Shown here in pieces: positions 37,470 to 46,125 of a DNA stretch of 53,908 bases; position 1 is the first letter of the stretch; each line of letters opens with the position of its first letter. Below the pieces are notes generated by a model, which saw nothing but the letters and a program-made list of their open reading frames with translations, had not been told where the DNA came from and searched no databases. Origin of the DNA: Alphaproteobacteria bacterium (lineage in GTDB: Bacteria; Pseudomonadota; Alphaproteobacteria; Bin95). The stretch is taken from assembly GCA_029978325.1 (NCBI GenBank), contig JAPOJR010000004.1:245-54152 (forward strand), read 5' to 3'. The translations under genes were made by a program, and so were the position numbers.

Positions 37470-38930
37470 ATGGCGCGGAGTCTTGGCTTGTCTACTTCAG
37501 TCACACCAACGAAGAGCGCAGATGACCAAGCCCGGCCATTGTGCGTGGATTTGGATGGCACGCTGATCGCTTCGGATACGCTGGTTGAATCGGCCATCGG
37601 CACGGCCGTACGCGGGCCGCGTTACATAATCGGCCTGCTGGGCAGCCTGCGGCGGGGGCGGCCGGCGCTCAAGGCGTATGCCGCCGATCACCATATTCCG
37701 GATGTGACGGTGTTGCCGTACCGTGAAGATGTGCTGGCGGCGCTGCGGGATGCCAAGGCAGCGGGGCGAAAACTGGTGTTGGTGACCGCGGCCGACCACC
37801 GCATCGCCGATGCGGTAGCCGCGCACCTCGCCCTGTTCGACGAGGTCATAGCCACGCGTGACGGCGTCAACTTGAAAGGCGAAGCCAAGGCTGCGGCACT
37901 GGTCGACCGGTTTGGCGAGGGCGGCTTCGACTATGTGGGCGACACTCGCGCCGATCTTTCGGTCTGGGCCAAAGCGAAAGATGCCTGGGTGGTCGAGGAT
38001 GGAATTAGCGCGGGCGCGATCAGCAACGCCATTCGCAAAGTGCCGGCCCGCCGTTTCCCGGTGACCAAGCCAGGATTGCGCGCCTGGGTATCCGGCGCGC
38101 GCTTGTACCAATGGGTCAAGAACGTGCTGGTATTTGTGCCGGTGGTGGCCTCTGGCGCAATGTTCTCGGCCGAAGCGATGCTGCTTGGCATCGTCGCATT
38201 CGTGTGTTTCGGCCTATTTGCCTCCGGCACCTATATGTTGAACGATCTGTCGGACCTGGACGCGGACCGCCACCACCCGCGCAAGCGCCGGCGCGCCTTC
38301 GCTTCGGGCAGGATCGCGCCGGTTCGCGGCCTTTTTGCAGGGCCCGGGCTTATGGCGCTCGCGCTGGTGATTGCGTTTGCCGTCAAGCCGTTGTTCGCAG
38401 CCGTCCTGCTGGGCTATGGCGTGCTGACCATCTGCTACACAATGTTCCTCAAGACCCGGCCGTTGGTGGATGTCTTTGCGCTGGCTGCCTTGTATTGCGT
38501 GCGGATCGTCGGCGGGGCTGCGGCAACGGCGATCGTACCGTCGATCTGGTTGTTGTCGTTTTCGAGCTTTCTGTTTTTGGCGTTGGCATTGCTCAAACGG
38601 TTCAACGAGTTATCGCGCGTCGGCGCGGGCTCCGGACGGCGCGGTTATGCCGAGGGCGAGCATATGCTGTTGATGGTCTTTGGCGTCGCCAGCACGTTTT
38701 CCTCGGTGATCGTGTTCGCGCTCTACGCGGAGTCGCAAGCGGCCGGCCTGTTGTACAGCCAGCGCGAGTTGTTGTGGGGAATCGTCCCGCTGCTGTTGTT
38801 CTGGCAGAGCCGGCTATGGTTGTCTGCCTGGCGCGGCTATGTCGATGACGATCCCATTGTCTACGCGGCCAAGGACTGGGTCAGTTGGATTGCAATTGCC
38901 CTTTCCGGTGTACTTTTCCTGGCTAGCTAA
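37470..38930 (+). CDS. HAD phosphatase + UbiA-family fusion: polyprenyl-phosphate phosphoribosyltransferase (DPPR synthase/NoeC-like)
   Basis: HAD motifs CVDLDGTL, VTAA, NLKGEAK, YVGDTRAD. UbiA part QWVKNVLVF, NDLSDLDADRHHPRKRRRAFASG, LKRFNEL, DDDPI. Alternative TTG start at 37488. Confidence 0.9.
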   Translation: MARSLGLSTSVTPTKSADDQARPLCVDLDGTLIASDTLVESAIGTAVRGPRYIIGLLGSLRRGRPALKAYAADHHIPDVTVLPYREDVLAALRDAKAAGRKLVLVTAADHRIADAVAAHLALFDEVIATRDGVNLKGEAKAAALVDRFGEGGFDYVGDTRADLSVWAKAKDAWVVEDGISAGAISNAIRKVPARRFPVTKPGLRAWVSGARLYQWVKNVLVFVPVVASGAMFSAEAMLLGIVAFVCFGLFASGTYMLNDLSDLDADRHHPRKRRRAFASGRIAPVRGLFAGPGLMALALVIAFAVKPLFAAVLLGYGVLTICYTMFLKTRPLVDVFALAALYCVRIVGGAAATAIVPSIWLLSFSSFLFLALALLKRFNELSRVGAGSGRRGYAEGEHMLLMVFGVASTFSSVIVFALYAESQAAGLLYSQRELLWGIVPLLLFWQSRLWLSAWRGYVDDDPIVYAAKDWVSWIAIALSGVLFLAS

Positions 38931-38955
38931 TACCTGACCCCGCGGAGATGTAATC

Positions 38956-39330
38956 ATGTCGCCAACCATGCTCGCTCTGATTTTGGTCACGGTTACGATG
39001 TCGGCCTGTGCCCAGCTGGCGTTGAAGTTGGGCATGAAAGGGCCAGGCACTACGGCTGGACTAGCCGAGGGCGGCCTGACGGCGGCGTTGAGCGTTGCGC
39101 TGAACCCCTGGATCATATTGGGGCTCAGTATTTATGGCCTGAGCGTGGTGCTTTGGCTTTGGGTGCTGTCGAAGGTCGAGCTTTCAGTCGCCTATCCGTT
39201 CGTCGGCGTCAGTTTTCTGATCACCATGGCGTTCGGTGCGTGGCTGCTGCACGAGGAAATTACGGTCGGCCGTTTGATTGGGACTGTTTTGATCGCCATC
39301 GGTTGCGTGTTGGTGGCGCGCTCAGCTTAG
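38956..39330 (+). CDS. SMR/DMT small membrane protein (ArnE/ArnF-like flippase candidate)
   Basis: 4 TM segments, AQLALKLG, WLWVLSKVELSVAYP, LLHEEIT. RBS GGAG. Confidence 0.85.
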   Translation: MSPTMLALILVTVTMSACAQLALKLGMKGPGTTAGLAEGGLTAALSVALNPWIILGLSIYGLSVVLWLWVLSKVELSVAYPFVGVSFLITMAFGAWLLHEEITVGRLIGTVLIAIGCVLVARSA

Positions 39331-40104
39331 GTTGACGCTGATCGCCCCCAAAACGCCGAAGTCGGCGGTGACGCGGTCGCCGGGCCCAATCTCCAGCGGC
39401 GGGACGGACGTGCCGGTGGTGACCAGTTCACCCGCGTTAGCGCCAATGCCGAGGCCGGACAACTCGTTCACCAGCCAGGCCAGCGCGATGCGCGGGTCGC
39501 CCAAAACATTGCCGCCGGAGCCCTGGCGGTCGTAGCGGCCTGCGACATGGCCGGTAACCGTGTGCCGGGACAGGTCCAGCGCCCGCCAATCCGCCGCCAC
39601 CGCTTTGCCTACCACCAACTCGCGCGCGCACGCAGCTTCTGCAATCAGCGACGGGCCGCCGGCTTTGTCGAATACGGCGAAGCGCGAATCCGGCAGTTCC
39701 AGCGCCAGATGCAACTCGCCGACGGCAGCCATGACTTCAGCCACGCTATAGGCGTTGGTCCGCGCCGGCAGGTCGCGGGCAAAGCGGAACGCGAATTCCG
39801 GTTCGCAGACGCGCATGCGGTTCGTCGCGACAGAAACGGTTGCGCCATCTTCAAGCAGGAATTCCGCCAGCAGCCGCCCGGCCAGCGGCCCGTCGACGCC
39901 GATATGCTTTTGCCCGGCCGCGCTGGTGGCAGCGATTTTCCAGCCCGCTACAGGCTTTTGCGAGTATTTCGCCAATTCAGTCTGGATCGCATAGCCGTCC
40001 GCGCGGCTTGCCGGCCGCAACTCGGGCGGCAGGCTTTCCATCACGGTGCCGTCCTGCCAATGGCGCCAGATCAACGCGCCGGCTTCTGCTGTTTTGGTCA
40101 GCAT
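39322..40104 (-). CDS. 2-keto-4-pentenoate hydratase / FAH family protein
   Basis: YAIQ, GWKIAATS, CEPEFAFR, LELPDSR, VLGDPRIALAWLVNEL, VTTGT, ADFG. Confidence 0.88.
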   Translation of the reverse strand: MLTKTAEAGALIWRHWQDGTVMESLPPELRPASRADGYAIQTELAKYSQKPVAGWKIAATSAAGQKHIGVDGPLAGRLLAEFLLEDGATVSVATNRMRVCEPEFAFRFARDLPARTNAYSVAEVMAAVGELHLALELPDSRFAVFDKAGGPSLIAEAACARELVVGKAVAADWRALDLSRHTVTGHVAGRYDRQGSGGNVLGDPRIALAWLVNELSGLGIGANAGELVTTGTSVPPLEIGPGDRVTADFGVLGAISVNLS

Positions 40105-40154
40105 GCAAAAAGTCCCATAGCTAATAATCGAAGCTGCCGCCTGGTCACCCGCAG

Positions 40155-41480
40155 TCACGCAGTTGGCTCTGTCTCTAAGGTGTCGGCCAGCAAAACCGCG
40201 GCGACGAGGTCTCCCGTCACATTAACTACCGTGCGGCACATGTCGAGTAGCCGGTCGACGCCGAGAATGATTACCATGCCTTCGACCGGAATCTTCATGC
40301 TGGTCGCGACGCTGATCAGAATGGCGATACTGACCCCCGGCGTGCCGGGCGCGCCGATGCTGGAGGCGACCAGCGTTCCGGTGACGACCAGCGTCTGCGT
40401 GACGGTCAGCTCAATTCCAGCCAATTGCGCCAGAAACAGAATCGCGACGGCCTGATATAGCGCCGTGCCGGCCATATTCATCGTCGCGCCCAGCGGCACC
40501 ACCAGGTTGGCTATGTTCTGAGGCACGCCCAATTGGCGAGAGGTTTGGATCGTCACCGGCATGACCGCTGACGAACTGGAGGTCGAAAATGCCAGCAACA
40601 GATTGCCGCCCGCGATCCTGACAAACCGCAGCGGGTTGATCGAGCCGATTAGCCCGGCAATCGCCAGATAGAGAACCAACAGCAGGCCGAGGCCGAACAA
40701 CACCGTCAACACATACCCTGAAATGCCGACCAGGGTCTCAACGCCGACCCGCATCACCAGTTGCGCCATCAGGCCGAAAACGGCAACCGGCGCCAGAAAC
40801 ATGGCCCATTTGACGATGTTCATGGCGATCGAAAGCAGGGCGTCCATCAGCGCCAGGAAAGGCGCCACCCGTGCGCGGTCGACCTGGGTTACGGAGACGC
40901 CGACCAGAAGGGCCAGTACAACCACCGCCAGCATGTCGCCCTGGACGATGGACGCCGTTGGGTTGGTCGGCAGGATATCGGCAATGAGGTGCGGCAGGTG
41001 CTTGAGCGGTTGTGTGGCGGCGTCGCCGGCCGCAGCAGAAGGATTTGCGCCGGCCGGGACAGCCGCAAATGTCCGCAACGGCGCGCCGGGCTGGAGCCAT
41101 TTCGCCAGCGCAACGCCCAAGGCGGCCGCCGCGCTTGTCGTCACCAGAATAAAGGCAGCCAGTCTCAGGCCAACGGCCCGCAACTCAGCGCCAGAGCCGG
41201 CTCCGTTCAGACCGCCGACGATTGAGGCAAAGATCAGGGGAACCAGTACCATGGCGATCAGGGCCAGGAATATCTGGCCCGGCAACGCGAGCCAGAGGCC
41301 GATCAATTCCGACATCTCGGGCGATAGCCAGCCTGTGCTATCGCTCAGCGCCAGCCCCAGGCCGAAGCCCAGAACCATCCCGGCAATAACCTGGGCCCAC
41401 AAGCGCGTGCGGATCCAGGCGCGCAGCTTGAAGCGTTGGCTGGCGACCTGGATCGTAGTTTCTGGAGCAGGTTGGCTCAT
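40155..41480 (-). CDS. dicarboxylate/amino acid:cation symporter (DAACS, GltP/DctA family)
   Basis: AFSTSSSSAVMP, PLGATMNMAGTA, SIGAPGTPG, GVDRLLDMCRTVVNVTGD. Confidence 0.93.
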   Translation of the reverse strand: MSQPAPETTIQVASQRFKLRAWIRTRLWAQVIAGMVLGFGLGLALSDSTGWLSPEMSELIGLWLALPGQIFLALIAMVLVPLIFASIVGGLNGAGSGAELRAVGLRLAAFILVTTSAAAALGVALAKWLQPGAPLRTFAAVPAGANPSAAAGDAATQPLKHLPHLIADILPTNPTASIVQGDMLAVVVLALLVGVSVTQVDRARVAPFLALMDALLSIAMNIVKWAMFLAPVAVFGLMAQLVMRVGVETLVGISGYVLTVLFGLGLLLVLYLAIAGLIGSINPLRFVRIAGGNLLLAFSTSSSSAVMPVTIQTSRQLGVPQNIANLVVPLGATMNMAGTALYQAVAILFLAQLAGIELTVTQTLVVTGTLVASSIGAPGTPGVSIAILISVATSMKIPVEGMVIILGVDRLLDMCRTVVNVTGDLVAAVLLADTLETEPTA

Positions 41481-41543
41481 GACGCTTGCTGCCACCGCCT
41501 GGGCGCTGAACGCACCCGTGCAATGCCGAAGACCCGCTGGACG

Positions 41544-42767
41544 CTATGCAGGGGCCGCCTGGGCGGTAGCCCGCGCCTCCAGCAGGCCGGCAATCTCGTC
41601 CTCGGTCAGCCCGGCCTCGCGCAGCAGGTCCAGGCTGTGCTCGCCGAGGCGCGGCGCATGCCGTGTCAGGCCGCCCGGCGTTTTGGAGAATGTGACCGGC
41701 ACCTTGATGTGTCGGACTTTGCCCTCGCTCGGGTGTTCGCTTTCCGGGAACATGCCGACGGCGGTCAGGTGCGGATCGTTGAACAGGTCTTCCGGCGTGT
41801 TCATCGGTGCGGACGGCACGTCAGCCTCGGACAGCACCTCCAGCCAATCTGCTGTGGTGCGGCTCGGCATGATGTTGGCCAGATGCTCGTACAGCTCGCC
41901 GATATTTTTGGTGCGCCCCTGCATTGTCTGGAAGCGCTCGTCGGCAGCCAGGTCCTGGCGTCCGGCCAGTGCGAAGAAGGTCATCCAGTGCTTGGTCGAG
42001 TACGGCATCATGCAGATATAGCCGTCCGCGGTCTTGTGCGGCCGGCGATAGGGAGAGAGCAGGCGCACATAACCGGCCTTGCCCTGCGGCGGCTCGAAAA
42101 AGCGTTCCTGCATATGCTCGTTGATGACGAAGCTGGCAAAGCTCTCGAACATGGGTACGTCGATTCGCTGGCCTTCGCCGGTGCGCTCGCGGTGAAACAG
42201 GCCCATGCAGATCGAATAGAGCGCGAACAGGCCGCTGGTCTTGTCGGCGACCACCGACGGCGCGAAACGCGGCTCGCCGGTGACCATTCCGGTCAGCGCC
42301 GCCAGTCCGGAAAGGCCCTGGATCAGGTCGTCGTAGGCCGGCTTGTCGGCATAGGGGCCGGTCGGGCCAAAGCCGATGGCGTTGCAATAGACGATGTCCG
42401 GCTTGGCTTTCTCAATGTCCTCATAGGCGATCCCCAGGCGGGCGGCAGCTTTGGGGCGCATATTGTGGATAAAGACGTCTGCGGTCTGGCAGAGCTTGTA
42501 GAGCGCCTCGCGCGCCGCCGGTTGTTTCAGGTCCAGCACCACCGAACGCTTGTTGCGGCCCTTGATGAGAAACGCGGCGGACATGCCGGGATGCCGCGAA
42601 GGCCCGACCTGGCGCGAGATATCGCCCTCTGGCCCTTCGACCTTGATGATGTCCGCGCCCATTTCGCCCATGATCTGGGTGCAGTAGGGGCCGAACATGA
42701 CGGTGGTCAGGTCGATGACGCGGACCCCGGACAGGGGGCCAATCGGCGGTTTGGCGGCGGAAGACAT
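41544..42767 (-). CDS. family III CoA transferase (CaiB/BaiF)
   Basis: PLSGVRVIDL, GADIIKVE, RNKRSVVLDLK, AYDDLIQ, APRLGEH. Confidence 0.93.
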   Translation of the reverse strand: MSSAAKPPIGPLSGVRVIDLTTVMFGPYCTQIMGEMGADIIKVEGPEGDISRQVGPSRHPGMSAAFLIKGRNKRSVVLDLKQPAAREALYKLCQTADVFIHNMRPKAAARLGIAYEDIEKAKPDIVYCNAIGFGPTGPYADKPAYDDLIQGLSGLAALTGMVTGEPRFAPSVVADKTSGLFALYSICMGLFHRERTGEGQRIDVPMFESFASFVINEHMQERFFEPPQGKAGYVRLLSPYRRPHKTADGYICMMPYSTKHWMTFFALAGRQDLAADERFQTMQGRTKNIGELYEHLANIMPSRTTADWLEVLSEADVPSAPMNTPEDLFNDPHLTAVGMFPESEHPSEGKVRHIKVPVTFSKTPGGLTRHAPRLGEHSLDLLREAGLTEDEIAGLLEARATAQAAPA

Positions 42768-43031
42768 GAGCAGGCACCGGATCGGTTAGAGAACGCTTCC
42801 CTCTTGTAACACAGTGTTTGGACCAAAGACCAAGCCTGGATAAGCCGGCCGCAGCGGAAAATCCCGGCAGCGACGCCTCTGGCGTCGGATGGCGCTAGCC
42901 ATTGCGGGCCGGCATCGTAGCCGCTTTCGATGAAATCACCCTAGGTTGGTGGTCGGACAAGCGATAAAGTGCACGGGCAATGCTTGGCTGCCGCTGCCAT
43001 GCCACCGAAATACCATCGAGGGTTGATCGAA

Positions 43032-43421
43032 ATGAGCGATACCGAAGCAAGACCCCGCGGAGAACTGACCACCCGTACCCTTGCCATGCCGGGAGATGCT
43101 AATCCCAGCGGCGATATTTTCGGCGGCTGGGTGTTGTCGCAAATGGATATTGCCGCCGGCATCGCCGCGGGCAATCGGGCGCAGGGCAGGGTCGCAACCG
43201 TCGCCGTCGATGCGATGAGCTTCATCCGTCCCGTCTATGTCGGGGATGTCATGTGTGTCTATACCGAGGTTGAGAAAACCGGCCGTACGTCCATCACCAT
43301 CCGGTTGGAGGCGTGGGCGCTGCGCAATCGTCTGGGTTCGCGCGTCAAGGTGACGGAGGGCCATTTCACCTTCGTCGCCATCGACGAGCAAAGGCGGCCC
43401 CGGCCAGTGCCGCAGCTTTGA
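43032..43421 (+). CDS. yciA: acyl-CoA thioesterase (YciA-like hotdog fold)
   Basis: AMPGDANPSGDIFGGWVLSQMDIA, VATVAVD, GRTSI, FTFVAID. Confidence 0.9.
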   Translation: MSDTEARPRGELTTRTLAMPGDANPSGDIFGGWVLSQMDIAAGIAAGNRAQGRVATVAVDAMSFIRPVYVGDVMCVYTEVEKTGRTSITIRLEAWALRNRLGSRVKVTEGHFTFVAIDEQRRPRPVPQL

Positions 43422-43515
43422 CATTAACGACGCGAGCCCGCCCCATTGCCCTTTTTCCGATTCCGGTGATGATAGCGCCTGACATTCCACTGCCCTGCCA
43501 GAAGGACCGAAACCT

Positions 43516-44091
43516 ATGGACGCCCTTACCCTCCTGAAAGAGCGTACTTCCACCCTGCCGCGCTTCATGGCGGAGCCTGGCCCGTCTGATGCCGACCTGG
43601 CGGATATGTTCGAGGCCGCGACGCGGGTGCCGGACCACGGTATGGTGCGGCCTTGGCGGTTTGTCGTGTTGCGCGGCGATGACCGGGCGAAAATGGGCGA
43701 GGTCTTTGTCGAGGCGCTAAAGGCCCGCCAGCCCGACGCCGCCGAAGATGCGGTCGAGGCCGAGCGTGGCCGGGCGCTGCGGACGCCGGTTGTTGTCGCG
43801 GTATTGGCCCGCACTAAGGCGCACCCGAAAGTTCCGCATGTCGAGCAGATCGTCTCCGCAGGTCAGGCTGCTCTGGCGCTGCAACTGGCAGCGCAGGCCA
43901 AGGGCTTCGGCAGTGTCATGCTGACCGGCGACAACGCCTACGATCCGCACGTCAAAGCGTTTTTCGGCCTGAAAGAGGAAGACGCCATCGTTGCATTCCT
44001 GTATCTGGGCACGCCTGCGGACAAAGTTCCGGCGAAAAAACGCCCCGAGGCGGACAAGTTCGTCGAAGCCTTCGGCAGTCACGGCGCTTGA
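43516..44091 (+). CDS. nitroreductase (YdjA-like)
   Basis: RTS...EPGP, RVPDHGMVRPWRF, EQIVSAG, FLYLGT. Confidence 0.9.
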   Translation: MDALTLLKERTSTLPRFMAEPGPSDADLADMFEAATRVPDHGMVRPWRFVVLRGDDRAKMGEVFVEALKARQPDAAEDAVEAERGRALRTPVVVAVLARTKAHPKVPHVEQIVSAGQAALALQLAAQAKGFGSVMLTGDNAYDPHVKAFFGLKEEDAIVAFLYLGTPADKVPAKKRPEADKFVEAFGSHGA

Positions 44092-44113
44092 GCCGCGCAG
44101 ATAGAGCGTTGGT

Positions 44114-44518
44114 ATGGCCCAGCCGCTGACCGGACCAGCCAAATGGCTGTTGTTGGCGATTGGCTGGATCGCTGTCGGGCTGGCGGCCTTGGGCGCGTTC
44201 CTGCCCTTGCTGCCAACCGTGCCGTTTCTGCTGGTCGCGGCGTGGGCCTTTGGCCGTTCCAGCACACGCTTGCACAGTTGGCTCTACGATAACCGCATTT
44301 TTGGGCCGCTGCTGCGCGACTGGCAGCAGCATGGCGCTATTCCGCGCTGGGCGAAGGTCATGGCGATTCTGGCGATGTCGCTGGCGATGGTCGGGCTGGC
44401 CCAGAGAGACACTATGCCGGTTTGGGTGTTGATCGTGATCGGCCTGACCTTGGCGACCGTCGCTGTCTGGATCGTGACCCGGCCGAGCGGCCCCGCCGAC
44501 GACGGCAGGAAAGACTAG
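44114..44518 (+). CDS. ybaN: YbaN/DUF454 family inner membrane protein
   Basis: GAFLPLLPTVPFLLVAAWAFGRSS.RLHSWL, FGP...W, IPRWAK. Confidence 0.9.
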   Translation: MAQPLTGPAKWLLLAIGWIAVGLAALGAFLPLLPTVPFLLVAAWAFGRSSTRLHSWLYDNRIFGPLLRDWQQHGAIPRWAKVMAILAMSLAMVGLAQRDTMPVWVLIVIGLTLATVAVWIVTRPSGPADDGRKD

Positions 44519-44524
44519 AGGCAC

Positions 44525-45187
44525 ATGAGCGAAATTCATCCCGATGTCGCGCCGCAACTGGCGGAGCTTTTGCTGGACCGCGACCGGCCGCTGCTGATCT
44601 CGGATGCGGACGAGGTGCTGTTCGATTTTATGGCGGCGTTCGTCGGCTATGTGGAAGAGCAGGGCCACTACTACGATTGGAAAAGCTTTGCCCTGACCGG
44701 CAATATCCGGCGACCGAGCGACCACACGGCGCTGTCGCCGCCAGAGGTCCGTACCCTGATCAACACGTTTTTCGCCGAACGGACCGAGACCATACCGCCG
44801 GTCGCAGGCGCGGCGGCGGCGCTGGCGGCGTTGGCCCGGGATGGGGTGCAAGTCCTGGTGCTGTCAAATTTGCCGCTGGCGCAGCGCGATGACCGGGCGC
44901 GGGCGCTGGCCCGGCACGGCATGTCCTACCCGATTGTCGCCAATGCCGGATTGAAAGGCCCGACGGTGCGGGCGCTGGCTGCCGTGGTGCAGGCGCCGAC
45001 GGCCTTCGTCGACGATATCGGCCACCACCATGAAAGCGTCGCGGAGCACGCCGCCGATGTGCATCGGCTGCATTTTTCCAGCCATCCGCGGTTGCGGGCG
45101 CTTCAGGGCCACATCCCGACCGCGCACCATCAGGCGGAGAGCTGGGAGGAATTGGAGGCGGAGCTAAGGGCGCGCCTGCTGAAATAA
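44525..45187 (+). CDS. HAD-superfamily hydrolase-like protein
   Basis: ISDADEVL (DxD), VLSN, GLKG, FVDD. Confidence 0.75.
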   Translation: MSEIHPDVAPQLAELLLDRDRPLLISDADEVLFDFMAAFVGYVEEQGHYYDWKSFALTGNIRRPSDHTALSPPEVRTLINTFFAERTETIPPVAGAAAALAALARDGVQVLVLSNLPLAQRDDRARALARHGMSYPIVANAGLKGPTVRALAAVVQAPTAFVDDIGHHHESVAEHAADVHRLHFSSHPRLRALQGHIPTAHHQAESWEELEAELRARLLK

Positions 45188-45195
45188 AAGCGCGG

Positions 45196-45987
45196 CTATT
45201 GTGGGTCGCGCCCGCCCATGGCCTCGATCTTGTCGTTCAGGCGGCGCATGCCGCGCAGCCAGCGTTCCAGATCGTTGGTTTTGCCCTCCATCCACTTCTG
45301 CGCCAACTCGTCGGTCAGGATCAGGAAGCGCTCGTCTTCTACGGCTGTCGCCACCATCTCGGCGACATCCTCCGGCTCCTTGACCGGGCCGACGGCGGTG
45401 CTGGCGAAGGGTTTGCTGGTATCGCCCAGCATCGGCGTGCGCACGCCCAGCGGCGCCAGGCAGGAAACGCGGATGCCCTGGTTGTGGTGCGTGACCGAGA
45501 GGTATTCGGCAAGGCCCACCACCGCGTGCTTCGATACGGTGTAGGGCAGGTTGCCGTTCGACATCAGAATGCCGGCCATGCTGGCGGTGTGGATCAGATA
45601 GCCGGAGCCGCGCTCGATCATGCCGGGCAGCACGGCGCGCACCGCGTAAACATGCGCCATGACGTTGACGTTCCACTGGTCCTCCCACACCTGCAGCGGT
45701 GTGTTCAGGATCTCACGACCGGAATTGATGCCGGCATTGTTGAACATCACGTCGACCGGGCCGTAATGATCCTCCGCCGCCTTGATGAGGGCGTTGACCT
45801 CGTCTTCCTTGCCGACATTGCAGCCAACGCCGAGCCCGCCGAACTCCGCCGCGACGGCCTTGGCGCCATCGCCGTTCAGGTCGGCGACGACGACTTTCGC
45901 GCCGCGTGCTGCGAAATTACGGCAGCAGGCCGCGCCGATGCCCGATGCGCCGCCGGTGACGACGGTAACTTTGTTGTTCCAGTCCAT
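45196..45987 (-). CDS. classical SDR oxidoreductase
   Basis: TGGASGIG, NNAG, TASMAG, YTVSK. Confidence 0.92.
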   Translation of the reverse strand: MDWNNKVTVVTGGASGIGAACCRNFAARGAKVVVADLNGDGAKAVAAEFGGLGVGCNVGKEDEVNALIKAAEDHYGPVDVMFNNAGINSGREILNTPLQVWEDQWNVNVMAHVYAVRAVLPGMIERGSGYLIHTASMAGILMSNGNLPYTVSKHAVVGLAEYLSVTHHNQGIRVSCLAPLGVRTPMLGDTSKPFASTAVGPVKEPEDVAEMVATAVEDERFLILTDELAQKWMEGKTNDLERWLRGMRRLNDKIEAMGGRDPQ

Positions 45988-46028
45988 GGGCTGGGTTCCT
46001 TTCCTGATGGCTAAAGCATTCCCTCTCC

Positions 46029-46114
46029 CGTCACTGCGAGGAGCAGAGCAACGAAGCAACCCAGGGATTAAAGAGCCCAGACCCCTGGGTTGCTTCGCTC
46101 CGCTCGCAATGACG
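46029..46114. repeat. CGTC-tagged REP-like palindromic element
   Basis: CGTCACTGCGAG (46029-46040) pairs with CTCGCAATGACG (46103-46114, one mismatch). CGAAGCAACCCAGGG (46052-46066) pairs perfectly with CCCTGGGTTGCTTCG (46083-46097). Confidence 0.85.
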
Positions 46115-46125
46115 CCTGAGAAAAC

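Noticed and set aside
37470-38930. Ubiquinone-pathway ubiA (4-hydroxybenzoate prenyltransferase)
   Set aside because: The HAD fusion, QWVKN and DRHHPRK motifs and the glycosylation context fit the phosphoribosyltransferase subfamily.
42871-42887. Short hairpin CGACGCC-TCT-GGCGTCG between divergent genes
   Set aside because: A 7-bp GC stem without a U-tract or second copy can arise by chance at this GC content.
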